A DNA stretch of 64,000 nucleotides, taken from assembly GCA_964599455.1 (NCBI GenBank), contig CAZREA010000003.1, positions 31,026-95,025 on the forward strand, written 5' to 3'. A program made the position numbers and the translations under genes. Under the pieces are notes generated by a model. That model did no database searches. It was not told the origin of the DNA and saw only the letters and a list, made by a program, of their open reading frames with translations. How positions within the stretch are numbered: position 1 is the first letter of the stretch; each line of letters starts with the position of its first letter. Source of the stretch: an uncultured Gammaproteobacteria bacterium (GTDB lineage: Bacteria > Patescibacteriota > Patescibacteriia > UBA9934). Below, piece after piece: positions 54,798 through 64,000 of the stretch.

Positions 54798-54958
54798 AAA
54801 TCTCCCCAAATCCATATTTTTGGATTTTGGGGATTTTTGTTTTATGGGGGTGTGGAAGAAACGGTCTCTTCATCTGAGTTGGTACCAGAGGAAGCCGGTT
54901 CGACTCCGGTCACCTCCACCACCCTCGTTTGAGATTTCCTCGGGCGAGGGTTTTGTTT
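54798..54958 (+). ncRNA. Hairpin / tRNA-like gene / terminator module (copy B), paralog of 11166-11327
   Basis: Hairpin 54798-54836. The tRNA-like 54846-54921 has acceptor GGGGGTG/CACCTCC and T-stem GCCGG/CCGGT, compensatory relative to copy A. It shares an identical 27-nt D-arm core 'GTGTGGAAGAAACGGTCTCTTCATCTG'. Anticodon region TCTG-A|GTTGGTA|C-CAGA. Terminator 54921-54955. Confidence 0.5.
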
Positions 54959-55197
54959 TTGTGTAAATGAGCAGTTCATAGATATAGCTAATATCAGCTA
55001 TATTATCGAGTTATACACTTGTAAAAAGGGCTTTTTTGTGCTATAGTAGATTGTTACTATGGAGGAAGAAGTGACAGGCTGACTCCGTATTTCCCACCAC
55101 GTAACGTGATGATCAGTACGGAGTCTTTCTGTTTCTCAATCCAAAGTAATCCATTCGCCAATCACCACATTCACGGCCACGGGCCCAGGAAAAGATC

Positions 55198-55899
55198 ATG
55201 CGTAGCATTCTGGCCACTCTTCTTCTCGCCGTTGTCTCCACCGCCTGCTCTCCCTCGGACTACAAGATCGTCCCGGAAGAGAAGGCGGAGTACGACGTCG
55301 AGGAAGGAGAAGAGCCGACGGAGACCGAAGGGGCAACCACCACGGTCTCGGAGCCGACCGAGGAGGTCGACGCTGGCACCGCGTCCGAAGAGAACGAGGA
55401 GAGCTGCGAGCCGACCGGTCCTGAGCTCTGCGACGGGATCGACAACGACTGTGACGGCTACATCGACGAGGGCGACGCCGCGGACGCGCAGTCGTGGTAC
55501 GCCGACCTCGACGGTGACGGCTATGGCGGTGGCGACAGCATCGTCGCCTGCGCTCCGCCGCGCGGCTACGTCGACAATGCCGACGACTGCAACGACGAGG
55601 ACGAGGACACCTACCCAGGCGCCCTCGAGCTGTGCGACTTCGCGGACAACGACTGTGATGGCTTGGCCGAATTCGAGGATCCAGATGCGGTCGACTTCAT
55701 CTATCACGATGACGACGACAACGACGGATTCGGTGCGATGTTCGGTGATGGCGGCTTCGGCTGTTCCATCTACGGAAGCATCCCCGAAGGCCACGCGCGG
55801 TCGGGCGATGACTGTGACGACTCACTTGCAACCGTAAACCCGGCGGCAAGCGAAACCGTCAACGGCATCGACGACGACTGTGACGGCACCGTCGACTGA
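55198..55899 (+). CDS. Lipoprotein with tandem MopE-like 'putative metal-binding' CxGxDxDCDG repeats; GC-rich (~64%)
   Basis: Lipobox 'AVVSTACS'. Repeats 'CDGIDNDCDGYIDEGD', 'CNDEDEDTYPGALELCDFADNDCDG' and 'CDDSLATVNPAASETVNGIDDDCDG' are typical of Myxococcota/Planctomycetota proteins. Confidence 0.55.
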   Translation: MRSILATLLLAVVSTACSPSDYKIVPEEKAEYDVEEGEEPTETEGATTTVSEPTEEVDAGTASEENEESCEPTGPELCDGIDNDCDGYIDEGDAADAQSWYADLDGDGYGGGDSIVACAPPRGYVDNADDCNDEDEDTYPGALELCDFADNDCDGLAEFEDPDAVDFIYHDDDDNDGFGAMFGDGGFGCSIYGSIPEGHARSGDDCDDSLATVNPAASETVNGIDDDCDGTVD

Positions 55900-56066
55900 C
55901 ACGTTCCGCCACAGCATCTTGCGGGGCACGCCCGGCAGCTGCCGGGCACGTCCTGAATGTCGTCGCAACGACGTTCAGGGCCCATCCGCATGCATGACAT
56001 TTCTCCTCCAGATGTCGTGCCTGCAGATGGGACGATACATATTCTAAGTTTCAAGAAGGAGATTTC

Positions 56067-56424
56067 GATGCTTCTAGAAAATGTCGCATTCATAGCCACA
56101 GTGTTCTTTCTGGGAACGGTGGGAATGATCGAAGCCTGGCGCTATAGCTCCAGGAAGCCCTACGGAATGCTTGTTCGACTTCTCGCTGAACATGGCGTCC
56201 CGTTGGGGATCGTGATGCTGTTGGTCGGTTTCGACTTCGCCAGTTCCACGTTCCCCAACCCCGCCAAGATCAGTCAGGAATCACTATTGCTGGGGCGTAT
56301 CGCTCCCGCACTCATGATCGGTCTGGTCTGTACCTTCGGCTGGGTCCTTGTAGGCCTACCGAAGATAAGGGCTGCATGGAAAGAAGGGCAACGGCGCGCG
56401 AAGCTCTTCGATCATTGGCGCTGA
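56067..56424 (+). CDS. Small membrane protein (119 aa, 3 TM), GC-rich, SD AAGGAG
   Basis: 'aaggagatttcgATG' precedes 'MLLENVAFIATVFF...'. Confidence 0.35.
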
Positions 56425-56593
56425 TCTATCGCCACACGTCCCGGATACCGCTGAGCTAACGTTCGCGGTGTCCGGGGACCCTCTTTTCTTATGACGGAAA
56501 CGTCGTGATGGAAGAGGGTTTACCACCCTCGCCTATCTTGTATAAGCGAGGGTGTTTGTTTTGCTATACTTATCCTATCTTAAATAAGGGTGT

Positions 56594-58024
56594 ATGCGCG
56601 AAGGGCATTTTGGGAGAGAATCAAGTCAAAGAAATCCAGAGTGGCCGCAAGACGAAAGGGTAAGCCCGGTTCCAGAAATTCCTCGTTTTTCAAGAGGGCA
56701 AGTAAGCATACGTGAGATTCTGCTTGCGGCAGGAATAGCTGGTGGCCTGGCCCTGCCCGATGCGGCATTTGCCAAAGCATCGGAAACGCCCGAGCAAAGC
56801 AAAGCACGAGTAGAGGCGGCATTTCAATGGGAAATATCCGCTGATGAAAGGCAAATTTTGGTTGAAGATGTTGGAGAAGAACATGTTGCAGAATATGAAC
56901 GTGTCGTCAGAACTTTCCCCATTGAACAGTATGTTCAAGAAATAGCAAAATTTTCTGGCGTTTCAGAAGATACCCTGTGGGTTAATCTTGATCTTGAGCA
57001 TATTTTTCCGTATTCAGTTCGTACGCTTGAAGAAAATGCCGAAGAACACATCAAATCGTATGCGCCAGAAGTATCTTGGGACCATGAAACAAATCATGCC
57101 ATCGCACAGAGCGAAGCATTTGCGGGTACAGGAGGAGTAACTTTGCAAAATGATCAAGCAATCGGAATAAATTTGCAGAAATTGCATGAAGTTGTAGAAC
57201 AGACCGCTCTTGTGGGGGGTATGACAAAACAAGAGGCAGATTTGATGTTTAGCGTATATCTTGAACATGCCATTGGTCACGAAATTGGGCACGCTATAGA
57301 TGAATTTAATCGTGATGAAGCGCAGACTCCTGTCGAGATGCAGCTTTATGAGGGATTGATTGATGCAATTGCTTGTCAGGCATTGGAGCAACTTCCAACC
57401 GCATATGAGAAATATATTGAAAAATATCCTCTTTTTACGGGATATACCAGTGGAGTAAAGCAGGCGGGAAGATTTTTATTATCGAGTCTTGATGCTCATA
57501 GTACGATGAACGCGGTACTCACCGGCTCGATACGAGACATTGAAAGGAAATTTGATGAAAAATACGGGGATAGAGCTTGGGAGACCGTAACGCATTTTGC
57601 GCCATCCCTTCCTGAAGATGTACATACAGAAATACAAGCAATCACCCCCTTGTATGCACTTATGAAAATGACCGCGTCGCACGATGCACGAAGTGTTATA
57701 GAGAAAATGAATACACAATGGCCAAGGGCGGGTATTTTACCGATTGTGCAAGATAGTACTCTTGTTGGAGTCGCGGTCCGCGATTTCGATACGGACGTAC
57801 TTATCAATGGTGTTGCTTTTTTAAAACTTGATGATGGATCGACGCTTACTTTGACTCATGCGACGAATAAAAAACCGGTTCAGTTTAAAGAAAGTGATGG
57901 AAGTCAAGCTTGGTTTGCTGGAACAATGATTGATAACACCAAGGGACTTTCAAATGAAGAAGTTACGAGGAAAATTAATGACAAGGTAAATTTCGCGCTA
58001 GCGTATACGGAGGGGCAAAAGTAA
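56594..58024 (+). CDS. Secreted putative zinc metallopeptidase (HEIGH motif)
   Basis: Signal anchor 'ILLAAGIAGGLALPDAAFA', and 'HAIGHEIGHAIDEF' contains HExxH. Confidence 0.5.
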   Translation: MREGHFGRESSQRNPEWPQDERVSPVPEIPRFSRGQVSIREILLAAGIAGGLALPDAAFAKASETPEQSKARVEAAFQWEISADERQILVEDVGEEHVAEYERVVRTFPIEQYVQEIAKFSGVSEDTLWVNLDLEHIFPYSVRTLEENAEEHIKSYAPEVSWDHETNHAIAQSEAFAGTGGVTLQNDQAIGINLQKLHEVVEQTALVGGMTKQEADLMFSVYLEHAIGHEIGHAIDEFNRDEAQTPVEMQLYEGLIDAIACQALEQLPTAYEKYIEKYPLFTGYTSGVKQAGRFLLSSLDAHSTMNAVLTGSIRDIERKFDEKYGDRAWETVTHFAPSLPEDVHTEIQAITPLYALMKMTASHDARSVIEKMNTQWPRAGILPIVQDSTLVGVAVRDFDTDVLINGVAFLKLDDGSTLTLTHATNKKPVQFKESDGSQAWFAGTMIDNTKGLSNEEVTRKINDKVNFALAYTEGQK

Positions 58025-58062
58025 TATCCTGACCGCGGGATTTTGTGCTACAATCACTGCAT

Positions 58063-59898
58063 ATGTCCAAGCTTTTACAAGCGTTTGTTTGGATTCTCTC
58101 GCTGATGACGGTTTTTTCTTCGGCGCCATTGATTCCCGTTGTGCATGCTGCGAGTGCTGACTATGCAGCTTTGCGTGTTACCACGACTGGTAGCGGAGAC
58201 ATCACCATGGAACCCGGTGAAGTAAAATCGATTGCCATCACCTTTCAAAATACCGGTTCAGCAACCTGGAAAAATGATGGTGTTGGCTATATTTCTCTTT
58301 ATACGTACGGACCAAAATATCGAAAGAGCGTCTTTGATCCGGGTAACTGGCTTTCTGCTCAACAAGTGAAACGTATCCGTGAATCGAGCGTTGCTCCGGG
58401 TCAAACCGCATCTGTTCTTTTCGATCTTCATGCTCCCGCTACCGAAGGAGCCTATACCGAAACGTTTGCGCTTGCTGCTGAAGAAATGGCTTGGGTAACG
58501 GGCGGCGAGCTCTCTTTAACAATCACGGTATCGAAAAAATCTGCAACGTCATCGTCAAGCACATTATCTTCGACCACGTTATCCTCTCTCTCCGCCACCG
58601 TCGTCACCCAAACAGCCGATAAAGTAAAAGCCAAAGCCGGAAAAAATATTCCGTTCATGGTCGCCATCAAAAATACTGGATCAACAGCTTGGACGTCGGT
58701 CGCACTCGAAGATGTCAGTGTGCAAATGGCCTCAACATCTAAAAAGATTTCATTTGCCAACGCAACCTGGAAGGGAAGCGAGGCATCCTCAGTATCTGGA
58801 CAGAAGATTGCTTCGGGAGAAATCACGACCCTACAATTTTTTCTGACCGCACCCGCGATAAATGGTACGCACACGGCTGTTTTTCAATTGATTGCCAATG
58901 GCGAAGAGGTTGATGATGTATTTGTGGAAATTCCGGTGACAGTGACGGGTGGATCGGGTGAAGCGCTTGATGACGAACTCGTGGTCGAACAAGATGACGA
59001 AGAAGACGTGGCGACATATATCGACGAGCCGACGATGCGTGTGGGCGTTCTGATTGTTGATGAAGAAACGGACTGGGAAGTGTCGATCGGTTCTGATCAA
59101 TCGGTGGTCGAACTGCGTGACACGAATGGGACGCTCCTGTCTACGATTGCGAAGGGTGATGATTTGCGTGCTGCGTATACAAGTGGCAGATATGAATACG
59201 GATCAGGTTCAAGCAAGAAATATTCCACGCTCCCCTTACGTTTCGTGCCTACGACTGCGAATGCCGTTTTGGAAGTGACGAATTTTGATCGTCGATTGAC
59301 CCGTGGAACCTCCTACGCTAATAACACCTTCCGCAATGTTCTCGAGCTTCGTTACAACACCAAAAAAGAACGCACCTGGCTCATTAATGAGTTGCCCATG
59401 GAGTATTACTTACGTGGTCTTGCCGAGACTTCGAATGTGTCTCCTACAGAATTCCAAAAAGCATTACTGACTGCCGCACGAACGTACGCGTATTATCACT
59501 ATACGCATGCGAGCAAGCACGCTGCTGAAGGATTTCTTGTCGATGCCTATCGCGATCAAGTGTATTGGGGGTATGGACAAGAAGAGCGAACGCCGAATAT
59601 CACTGCGGGCGTTGAAGCGACTCGAGGAAAAATTGTGACGTACGAAGGTGAAACGGCGATCACCCCGTATTTCTCACGCTCTGATGGTCATACGCGTGAT
59701 TGGAGTGATGTGTGGGCTGGGGATGTTCCTTGGGCAAAGTCGGTAGAGGTTCCTTGCGATAAAGGCAAGACGTTATGGGGTCATGGTGTTGGCATGTCAG
59801 CCTCGGGAGCTTTGTGTATGGCGAACGACGGAAAATCTTACGATGATATTTTGAAATATTTTTATACCGGTATCGCTATCGATAAGAAGTGGGAGTAA
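58063..59898 (+). CDS. SpoIID/LytB-domain protein with N-terminal signal peptide and beta-sandwich (CARDB/NBR1-like) repeats
   Basis: C-terminal 'YYLRGLAETSNVSPTEFQKALLTAARTYAYYH...YRDQVYWGYGQEE...TPYFSRSDGHTRDWSDVW' is the SpoIID signature. Confidence 0.7.
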   Translation: MSKLLQAFVWILSLMTVFSSAPLIPVVHAASADYAALRVTTTGSGDITMEPGEVKSIAITFQNTGSATWKNDGVGYISLYTYGPKYRKSVFDPGNWLSAQQVKRIRESSVAPGQTASVLFDLHAPATEGAYTETFALAAEEMAWVTGGELSLTITVSKKSATSSSSTLSSTTLSSLSATVVTQTADKVKAKAGKNIPFMVAIKNTGSTAWTSVALEDVSVQMASTSKKISFANATWKGSEASSVSGQKIASGEITTLQFFLTAPAINGTHTAVFQLIANGEEVDDVFVEIPVTVTGGSGEALDDELVVEQDDEEDVATYIDEPTMRVGVLIVDEETDWEVSIGSDQSVVELRDTNGTLLSTIAKGDDLRAAYTSGRYEYGSGSSKKYSTLPLRFVPTTANAVLEVTNFDRRLTRGTSYANNTFRNVLELRYNTKKERTWLINELPMEYYLRGLAETSNVSPTEFQKALLTAARTYAYYHYTHASKHAAEGFLVDAYRDQVYWGYGQEERTPNITAGVEATRGKIVTYEGETAITPYFSRSDGHTRDWSDVWAGDVPWAKSVEVPCDKGKTLWGHGVGMSASGALCMANDGKSYDDILKYFYTGIAIDKKWE

Positions 59899-59909
59899 AA
59901 TCTTGCTGT

Positions 59910-60185
59910 ATGAGAAAAGAATTTGAATCCGTTGCAGAAAAAGACCACGAATATAAAATTTCCTGTTCTTTGCGGCCAGATGAGACTCGTCAAAGAGCAA
60001 AAGAAGTAGAAAATCTTTGTCCGGATTTGCGGGTAGTGATTTTATGGAAGGAAATTCATCCCGGTGAAGTTGTTCGTGATGCGGGTGGTACGTATCAAGC
60101 CGAAATACATCTCAGCGACTTACCCCGGACAGGAGAATTTTCCCAACCGAGCCGTATCATCGAATATTTGCAAACCGGACAATAA
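59910..60185 (+). CDS. Hypothetical small protein (91 aa)
   Basis: ORF only, filling the gap before the ABC exporter. Confidence 0.3.
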   Translation: MRKEFESVAEKDHEYKISCSLRPDETRQRAKEVENLCPDLRVVILWKEIHPGEVVRDAGGTYQAEIHLSDLPRTGEFSQPSRIIEYLQTGQ

Positions 60186-60198
60186 AAAAGATTTTTTT

Positions 60199-61962
60199 AT
60201 GAAGGAGGCGACAATCGGTGACGTGTTGCGTACGTATTGGCGAGCAATGCGTCGTCAACGGGGGAATGCATTTTTCATATCCCTGCTTGTTATCTTAGGA
60301 ACCGCAGCGGAAATCCTCCAGCCGTGGTATTTGAAGCAATTGTTTGATTTGCTGGAAGTGCATACTCCTGCCGAAGCAGCCTTGGCAATTTTTCTGCCGG
60401 TTATTTTCATTCTCCTGGCATGTAAAGGTATGGTTTGGGTAGCATGGCGTCTCGCAGGTCTTTTGACCATCAATTTCCAAACGGCAGTCATGTATAGATT
60501 GGAAGAACAGGCGTTTTCTTATACGCTCGGACATTCGTATCAATTCTTTGCCGACATGTTTGCCGGTTCATTGGTAAAACGTATTACCCGACTGAGTCGT
60601 TCGTTTGAGACACTCGCAGACGAAGTAGAATTTCGTCTTCTACCGGTTATGGTCATCCTCGGAGTTTCTACGATCGGATTGTATTTTCAATATCCGCTTT
60701 TGGCATTGATCTTTTGCATCTGGACCATTCTTTTTTTGCTTATCAATTACTATGCATCTCGATGGACCTCGGTTGCGAAAGTTGATGAAGCGAAAATTGA
60801 TTCCGAAGCTGGGGGCGCGCTTGCCGATGCCGTTTCCAATGCAGTAACGATCAAACTTTTTCCGGCATCTTCTTACGAAACGGAAAAGTTTGATGAAGTA
60901 AAACGCCGTTATATGGCGGCGCAACGGCGTGCATGGCGTCGACAGGAAGTGGTGATGGCTTTACAGGCACTGCTCATGATTGGTATTGAAATGGGATTGA
61001 TGTATGTCGGTGTGGTCTTTTGGTTGCAGGGCATTTTTTCTTTGGGCGATCTCGCCTTTATTCAAACGACGCTGCTGTTGGTGTTTGGAAAGTTGTGGGA
61101 TATCGGCCGTACCTTCCGCCACATCTTTGATTCGTTTGCCTATGCCAAAGAGATGGTGGAGATTATGCAAACGCCGCATGAAATTAAAGATCAGAAAGGT
61201 GCCAAGCCGTTGCGTATTAGAAAGGGGGAAATTGTTTTTCGTGATGTTGTTTTTGCTTTTCACAAACGTCCTATTTTGAATGATCTTTCCCTCAAGATCG
61301 CACCACAAGAAAAAGTTGCGCTGGTTGGGCCGTCCGGAGCAGGGAAGTCAACGATCACTAAACTCCTTTTCCGTTTTTACGATATTAAGCGTGGAAAGAT
61401 TCTCATTGACGGACAAGATGTGAGCAAAGCAACGCAGGATAGTTTGCGCGAGCATATTTCACTTGTTCCGCAAGAACCGATCCTGTTCCATCGCACGCTC
61501 ATGGAAAATATTCGCTATGGTCGACGCGATGCAACTGATGCAGAGGTGATTGATGCGGCCAAGAAAGCACGTTGTCATGAATTTATCTCGAATCTGCCAA
61601 CCGGCTACGAAACATTTGTGGGCGAACGCGGCATCAAACTTTCGGGCGGCGAGCGTCAGCGTGTGGCTATCGCGCGTGCGATCTTGAAAAACGCACCGAT
61701 CTTAGTGCTCGATGAAGCAACATCTTCACTCGATTCCGAGTCTGAATCACTTATCCAAGACGCGCTCCACGAACTTATGCGTGATAAAACCGTCATCGTC
61801 ATCGCCCATCGTCTCTCTACTATCATGCAAATGGATCGCATTTTGGTTATTGAAGATGGTAAACTCGTATCACAAGGTACGCATGATGAACTGCTTCGTC
61901 GCAAGGGAACGTATCAGAAATTGTGGAATATTCAGGCCGGAGGGTTTGTTTCTGAAGAGTAG
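60199..61962 (+). CDS. ABC transporter, fused permease/ATPase (MsbA-type exporter), paralog of 9270-11075
   Basis: Walker A 'GPSGAGKST', signature 'LSGGERQR', Walker B 'ILVLDEATSSLD'. Start at ATG 60199. Confidence 0.85.
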   Translation: MKEATIGDVLRTYWRAMRRQRGNAFFISLLVILGTAAEILQPWYLKQLFDLLEVHTPAEAALAIFLPVIFILLACKGMVWVAWRLAGLLTINFQTAVMYRLEEQAFSYTLGHSYQFFADMFAGSLVKRITRLSRSFETLADEVEFRLLPVMVILGVSTIGLYFQYPLLALIFCIWTILFLLINYYASRWTSVAKVDEAKIDSEAGGALADAVSNAVTIKLFPASSYETEKFDEVKRRYMAAQRRAWRRQEVVMALQALLMIGIEMGLMYVGVVFWLQGIFSLGDLAFIQTTLLLVFGKLWDIGRTFRHIFDSFAYAKEMVEIMQTPHEIKDQKGAKPLRIRKGEIVFRDVVFAFHKRPILNDLSLKIAPQEKVALVGPSGAGKSTITKLLFRFYDIKRGKILIDGQDVSKATQDSLREHISLVPQEPILFHRTLMENIRYGRRDATDAEVIDAAKKARCHEFISNLPTGYETFVGERGIKLSGGERQRVAIARAILKNAPILVLDEATSSLDSESESLIQDALHELMRDKTVIVIAHRLSTIMQMDRILVIEDGKLVSQGTHDELLRRKGTYQKLWNIQAGGFVSEE

Positions 61963-62016
61963 CGATTTCATTGCCGGTATCATCAGGGGTGATCTATTTA
62001 TTCTTTATTTTAAAAT

Positions 62017-62331
62017 ATGCTCAATAAGAAGATTGCCACACAAAGCTTATCCTATGCTGCCGGAGCGATTCTCTATGTTTCCCTTGTGGCAACGGTCATG
62101 AGTAATGCCGAGCGCATTCTTGGTCAACAAGAGGATGGAGTCCTTGCTCCGATCGTTTTTCTTCTCCTTCTTGTTGTTTCGGCTGCGACGATGGGCATGC
62201 TCATCTTTGGTAAGCCGGTCATGTTGTATATCGATGGAAAAAAACGTGAAGCAGTTGCGATGGTGATATGTACCATTGGCAGCCTTGCAATATTCACGGC
62301 GTCCCTTCTCATTGTTCTGGCTTTGATGTAG
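62017..62331 (+). CDS. Small membrane protein (104 aa, 3 TM)
   Basis: ORF with hydrophobic helices. Confidence 0.35.
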   Translation: MLNKKIATQSLSYAAGAILYVSLVATVMSNAERILGQQEDGVLAPIVFLLLLVVSAATMGMLIFGKPVMLYIDGKKREAVAMVICTIGSLAIFTASLLIVLALM

Positions 62332-62374
62332 AGAAAAAGAAAACCGCCTACGTAGCGGTTTTTTGTGCGCTTTT

Positions 62375-62971
62375 TTACGGAGTATATGTTGGTGATGAAG
62401 GAGCAGAAGGGGCGACGTTCAGAGGTGGATGTGTATGATGATGCTGTGTTTTGCAGGCTGAGGCTAATTCACCAATTTTGATTTTTACGGTGTCGGGATT
62501 GTCGATGTTTTTAAATTGAAACCGTTGTTTTTCGGCGGCAGATTGGATGTACACATTGCCAAACGTGAGAAAGGTTGCGAGCAGGCCTTTGGTTTCACTC
62601 GTGATGTCCTGAATTTGATCGAGATTCACTTCGGACACGACACGATTAAAAAGTCCAAGTTGTTCGGAATTAATAATGCGTTCGTTCGTGACAATCCAAA
62701 CGTCAAGCCAATAATCCGTGAGTTCGGTAAGGGTGACGATGAGTACGATAAGAATGTACGCACCCGCAATGGAGATAAGCAGGGGAGCGAATACGGGATG
62801 TGTAAGTACTGCCGCTTCGGTAAAAAGCATGACTCCACCCACCAACAGGGGAATGAAAAGAAGAAAAGCGGTAAGTAAAAAGATTTTTACTAAATCAATC
62901 CAATGTCTGCGTAAAAACAGCACGACCGTTTCGCCCTCTCGATGATTGGGGAGTTTGCGAAGATGCATCAT
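62375..62971 (-). CDS. Membrane-anchored bacterial PH-domain (bPH_2/YdbS-YdbT-like, DUF304) protein
   Basis: Two TM helices followed by 'DYWLDVWIVTNERIINSEQLGLFNRVVSEVNLDQIQDI', typical of the bPH_2 family. Confidence 0.55.
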   Translation of the reverse strand: MMHLRKLPNHREGETVVLFLRRHWIDLVKIFLLTAFLLFIPLLVGGVMLFTEAAVLTHPVFAPLLISIAGAYILIVLIVTLTELTDYWLDVWIVTNERIINSEQLGLFNRVVSEVNLDQIQDITSETKGLLATFLTFGNVYIQSAAEKQRFQFKNIDNPDTVKIKIGELASACKTQHHHTHPPLNVAPSAPSSPTYTP

Positions 62972-63255
62972 AGTCCGTAATCAGGAAGTCCTGCGCTATT
63001 TGGGAGCAGATCGTCGAGGGTAAATATTTGCGACCAGTCAAAAGCAAGGAGTGCAGAAGAAGTAAAACCAATCGTAAACATGAACAGGAAAATATATGTG
63101 GCGGTCAACAGTGCTGTCCCCTTGCCTTCAACGCCATAGCGCAGCAGATGAAAAACATTGAAGATAAGAAAAATGGTGGCCACGAGCAGAATGAGCCCGT
63201 AGGGAGTCAGAAGGATAATTAACGGAATGCCATCCATATAGATAAATGGTAGCAC
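62968..63255 (-). CDS. Small membrane protein (95 aa)
   Basis: ORF with 3 TM; overlaps the upstream stop by 4 nt. Confidence 0.3.
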   Translation of the reverse strand: MLPFIYMDGIPLIILLTPYGLILLVATIFLIFNVFHLLRYGVEGKGTALLTATYIFLFMFTIGFTSSALLAFDWSQIFTLDDLLPNSAGLPDYGL

Positions 63256-63258
63256 GTT

Positions 63259-64000
63259 TTATACCAACTTCCCGTTTTTCCCCTTGATTCCCAAATGCGC
63301 ATACGCCCTTTGCGTAGCAACACGCCCTCGCGATGTGCGTTCCAAAAATCCCAACTGCAGCAGATACGGTTCGTATACCTCTTCAATCGTTGCTTGCTCT
63401 TCTTGCGTTGCCGCAGCGAGTGTTCCGAGGCCAACCGGACCACCTTGGAATTTTTCAATGAGCGTAGTTAATAATCGACGATCGGCATTATCAAGTCCAA
63501 GCGGATCGATTGCGAGCAGATCAAGCGCGGCATTGGCGATATCGCCCGTGATTGTACCGTTATGTTTTACTTGCGCAAAATCGCGGACGCGTTTGAGGAG
63601 ACGATTGGCGATGCGCGGAGTGCGTCGTGCTCGTTTTGCAACGGCATCGGCAGAATCAGCATCAAGAGAAAAATCAAGGATACGTGCGCTACGTTGCACG
63701 ATGCTGCGCATATCATTTTCCTCATAAAACTCCAGTTGAAAAATCGTACCAAAACGATCGCGCAATGGTGCGGACAAGAGTGATAATCGTGTTGTGGCAC
63801 CGATGATGGTAAACGGTTCAAGCGAAAGACGAAGCGTGCGTGCCGTTGGTCCTTTGCCGACAACAACATCAAGCGCAAAATCTTCCATCGCCGGATAGAG
63901 CACCTCTTCAATAGTCCGATTCATCCGATGGATTTCGTCGATAAACAAAATATCTCCACGCTGCAATCCTGAAAGAATTGCTGCTAAATCACCGACGCGC
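63259..64000 (-). CDS. ruvB: Holliday-junction DNA helicase RuvB (C-terminal part; N-terminus lies beyond the window end)
   Basis: '[55 protein letters not shown]...[11 protein letters not shown]' includes Walker B and sensor motifs classic for RuvB. Confidence 0.85.
   Translation of the reverse strand, partial: RVGDLAAILSGLQRGDILFIDEIHRMNRTIEEVLYPAMEDFALDVVVGKGPTARTLRLSLEPFTIIGATTRLSLLSAPLRDRFGTIFQLEFYEENDMRSIVQRSARILDFSLDADSADAVAKRARRTPRIANRLLKRVRDFAQVKHNGTITGDIANAALDLLAIDPLGLDNADRRLLTTLIEKFQGGPVGLGTLAAATQEEQATIEEVYEPYLLQLGFLERTSRGRVATQRAYAHLGIKGKNGKLV

Noticed and set aside
55106-55899. ORFs 55106-55837 (Arg/Thr-rich, 243 aa) and 55171-55794 (antisense), overlapping the MopE-like lipoprotein
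   Set aside because: These are low-complexity translations of the alternative frames of a GC- and GAC-repeat-rich gene. The lipoprotein frame has the lipobox, SD and repeat structure.

Overview
This 64 kb window looks like a low-GC (~45%) Patescibacteria/CPR-type chromosome around the replication origin. Most genes have weak or absent Shine-Dalgarno sequences and are packed with hairpin terminators between them.

Main content:
- Origin region: dnaA (3' part), a cluster of DnaA boxes, and dnaN, followed by class A PBP1A.
- Housekeeping genes: a 3D-domain wall protein, two MsbA-like ABC exporters, an Fe-S/redox cluster (DipZ-like redoxin, NifS, ferredoxin, FAD oxidoreductase, VIT), PGI/PMI, GalU, a GATase, an ECF sigma/anti-sigma pair, a surface-glycan block (GT4, MFS, O-antigen ligase, Wzx), a SpoIID protein, and ruvB (partial).
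- RNA genes: canonical tRNA-Cys and tRNA-Ser.

Four things stand out:
1. Six tandem paralogous VirB2/TrbC-like (CPR 'T4SS pilin') pre-proteins at 42.5-45.2 kb.
2. Three related 'terminator-hairpin / non-canonical tRNA-like / terminator' modules (11.17, 52.36 and 54.80 kb). Compensatory stem changes support a real RNA structure, and the anticodon stem has an unusual mismatch.
3. At least seven GC-rich (55-65%), SD-bearing, self-terminated gene cassettes embedded in the low-GC backbone. One sits between dnaA and oriC. Another encodes a 651-aa multi-TM protein. Another encodes a MopE-like 'CDGxDNDCDG' lipoprotein. They look like horizontally acquired islets, or a chimeric assembly.
4. An Smr-domain ORF after PGI with no in-frame start, rescued by +1A in an A7 homopolymer (possible frameshift or assembly error).

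Also notable: a 980-aa 'DPNW'-repeat protein beside a YgjP-like metallopeptidase. No CRISPR array, rRNA, integrase or transposase was recognised.
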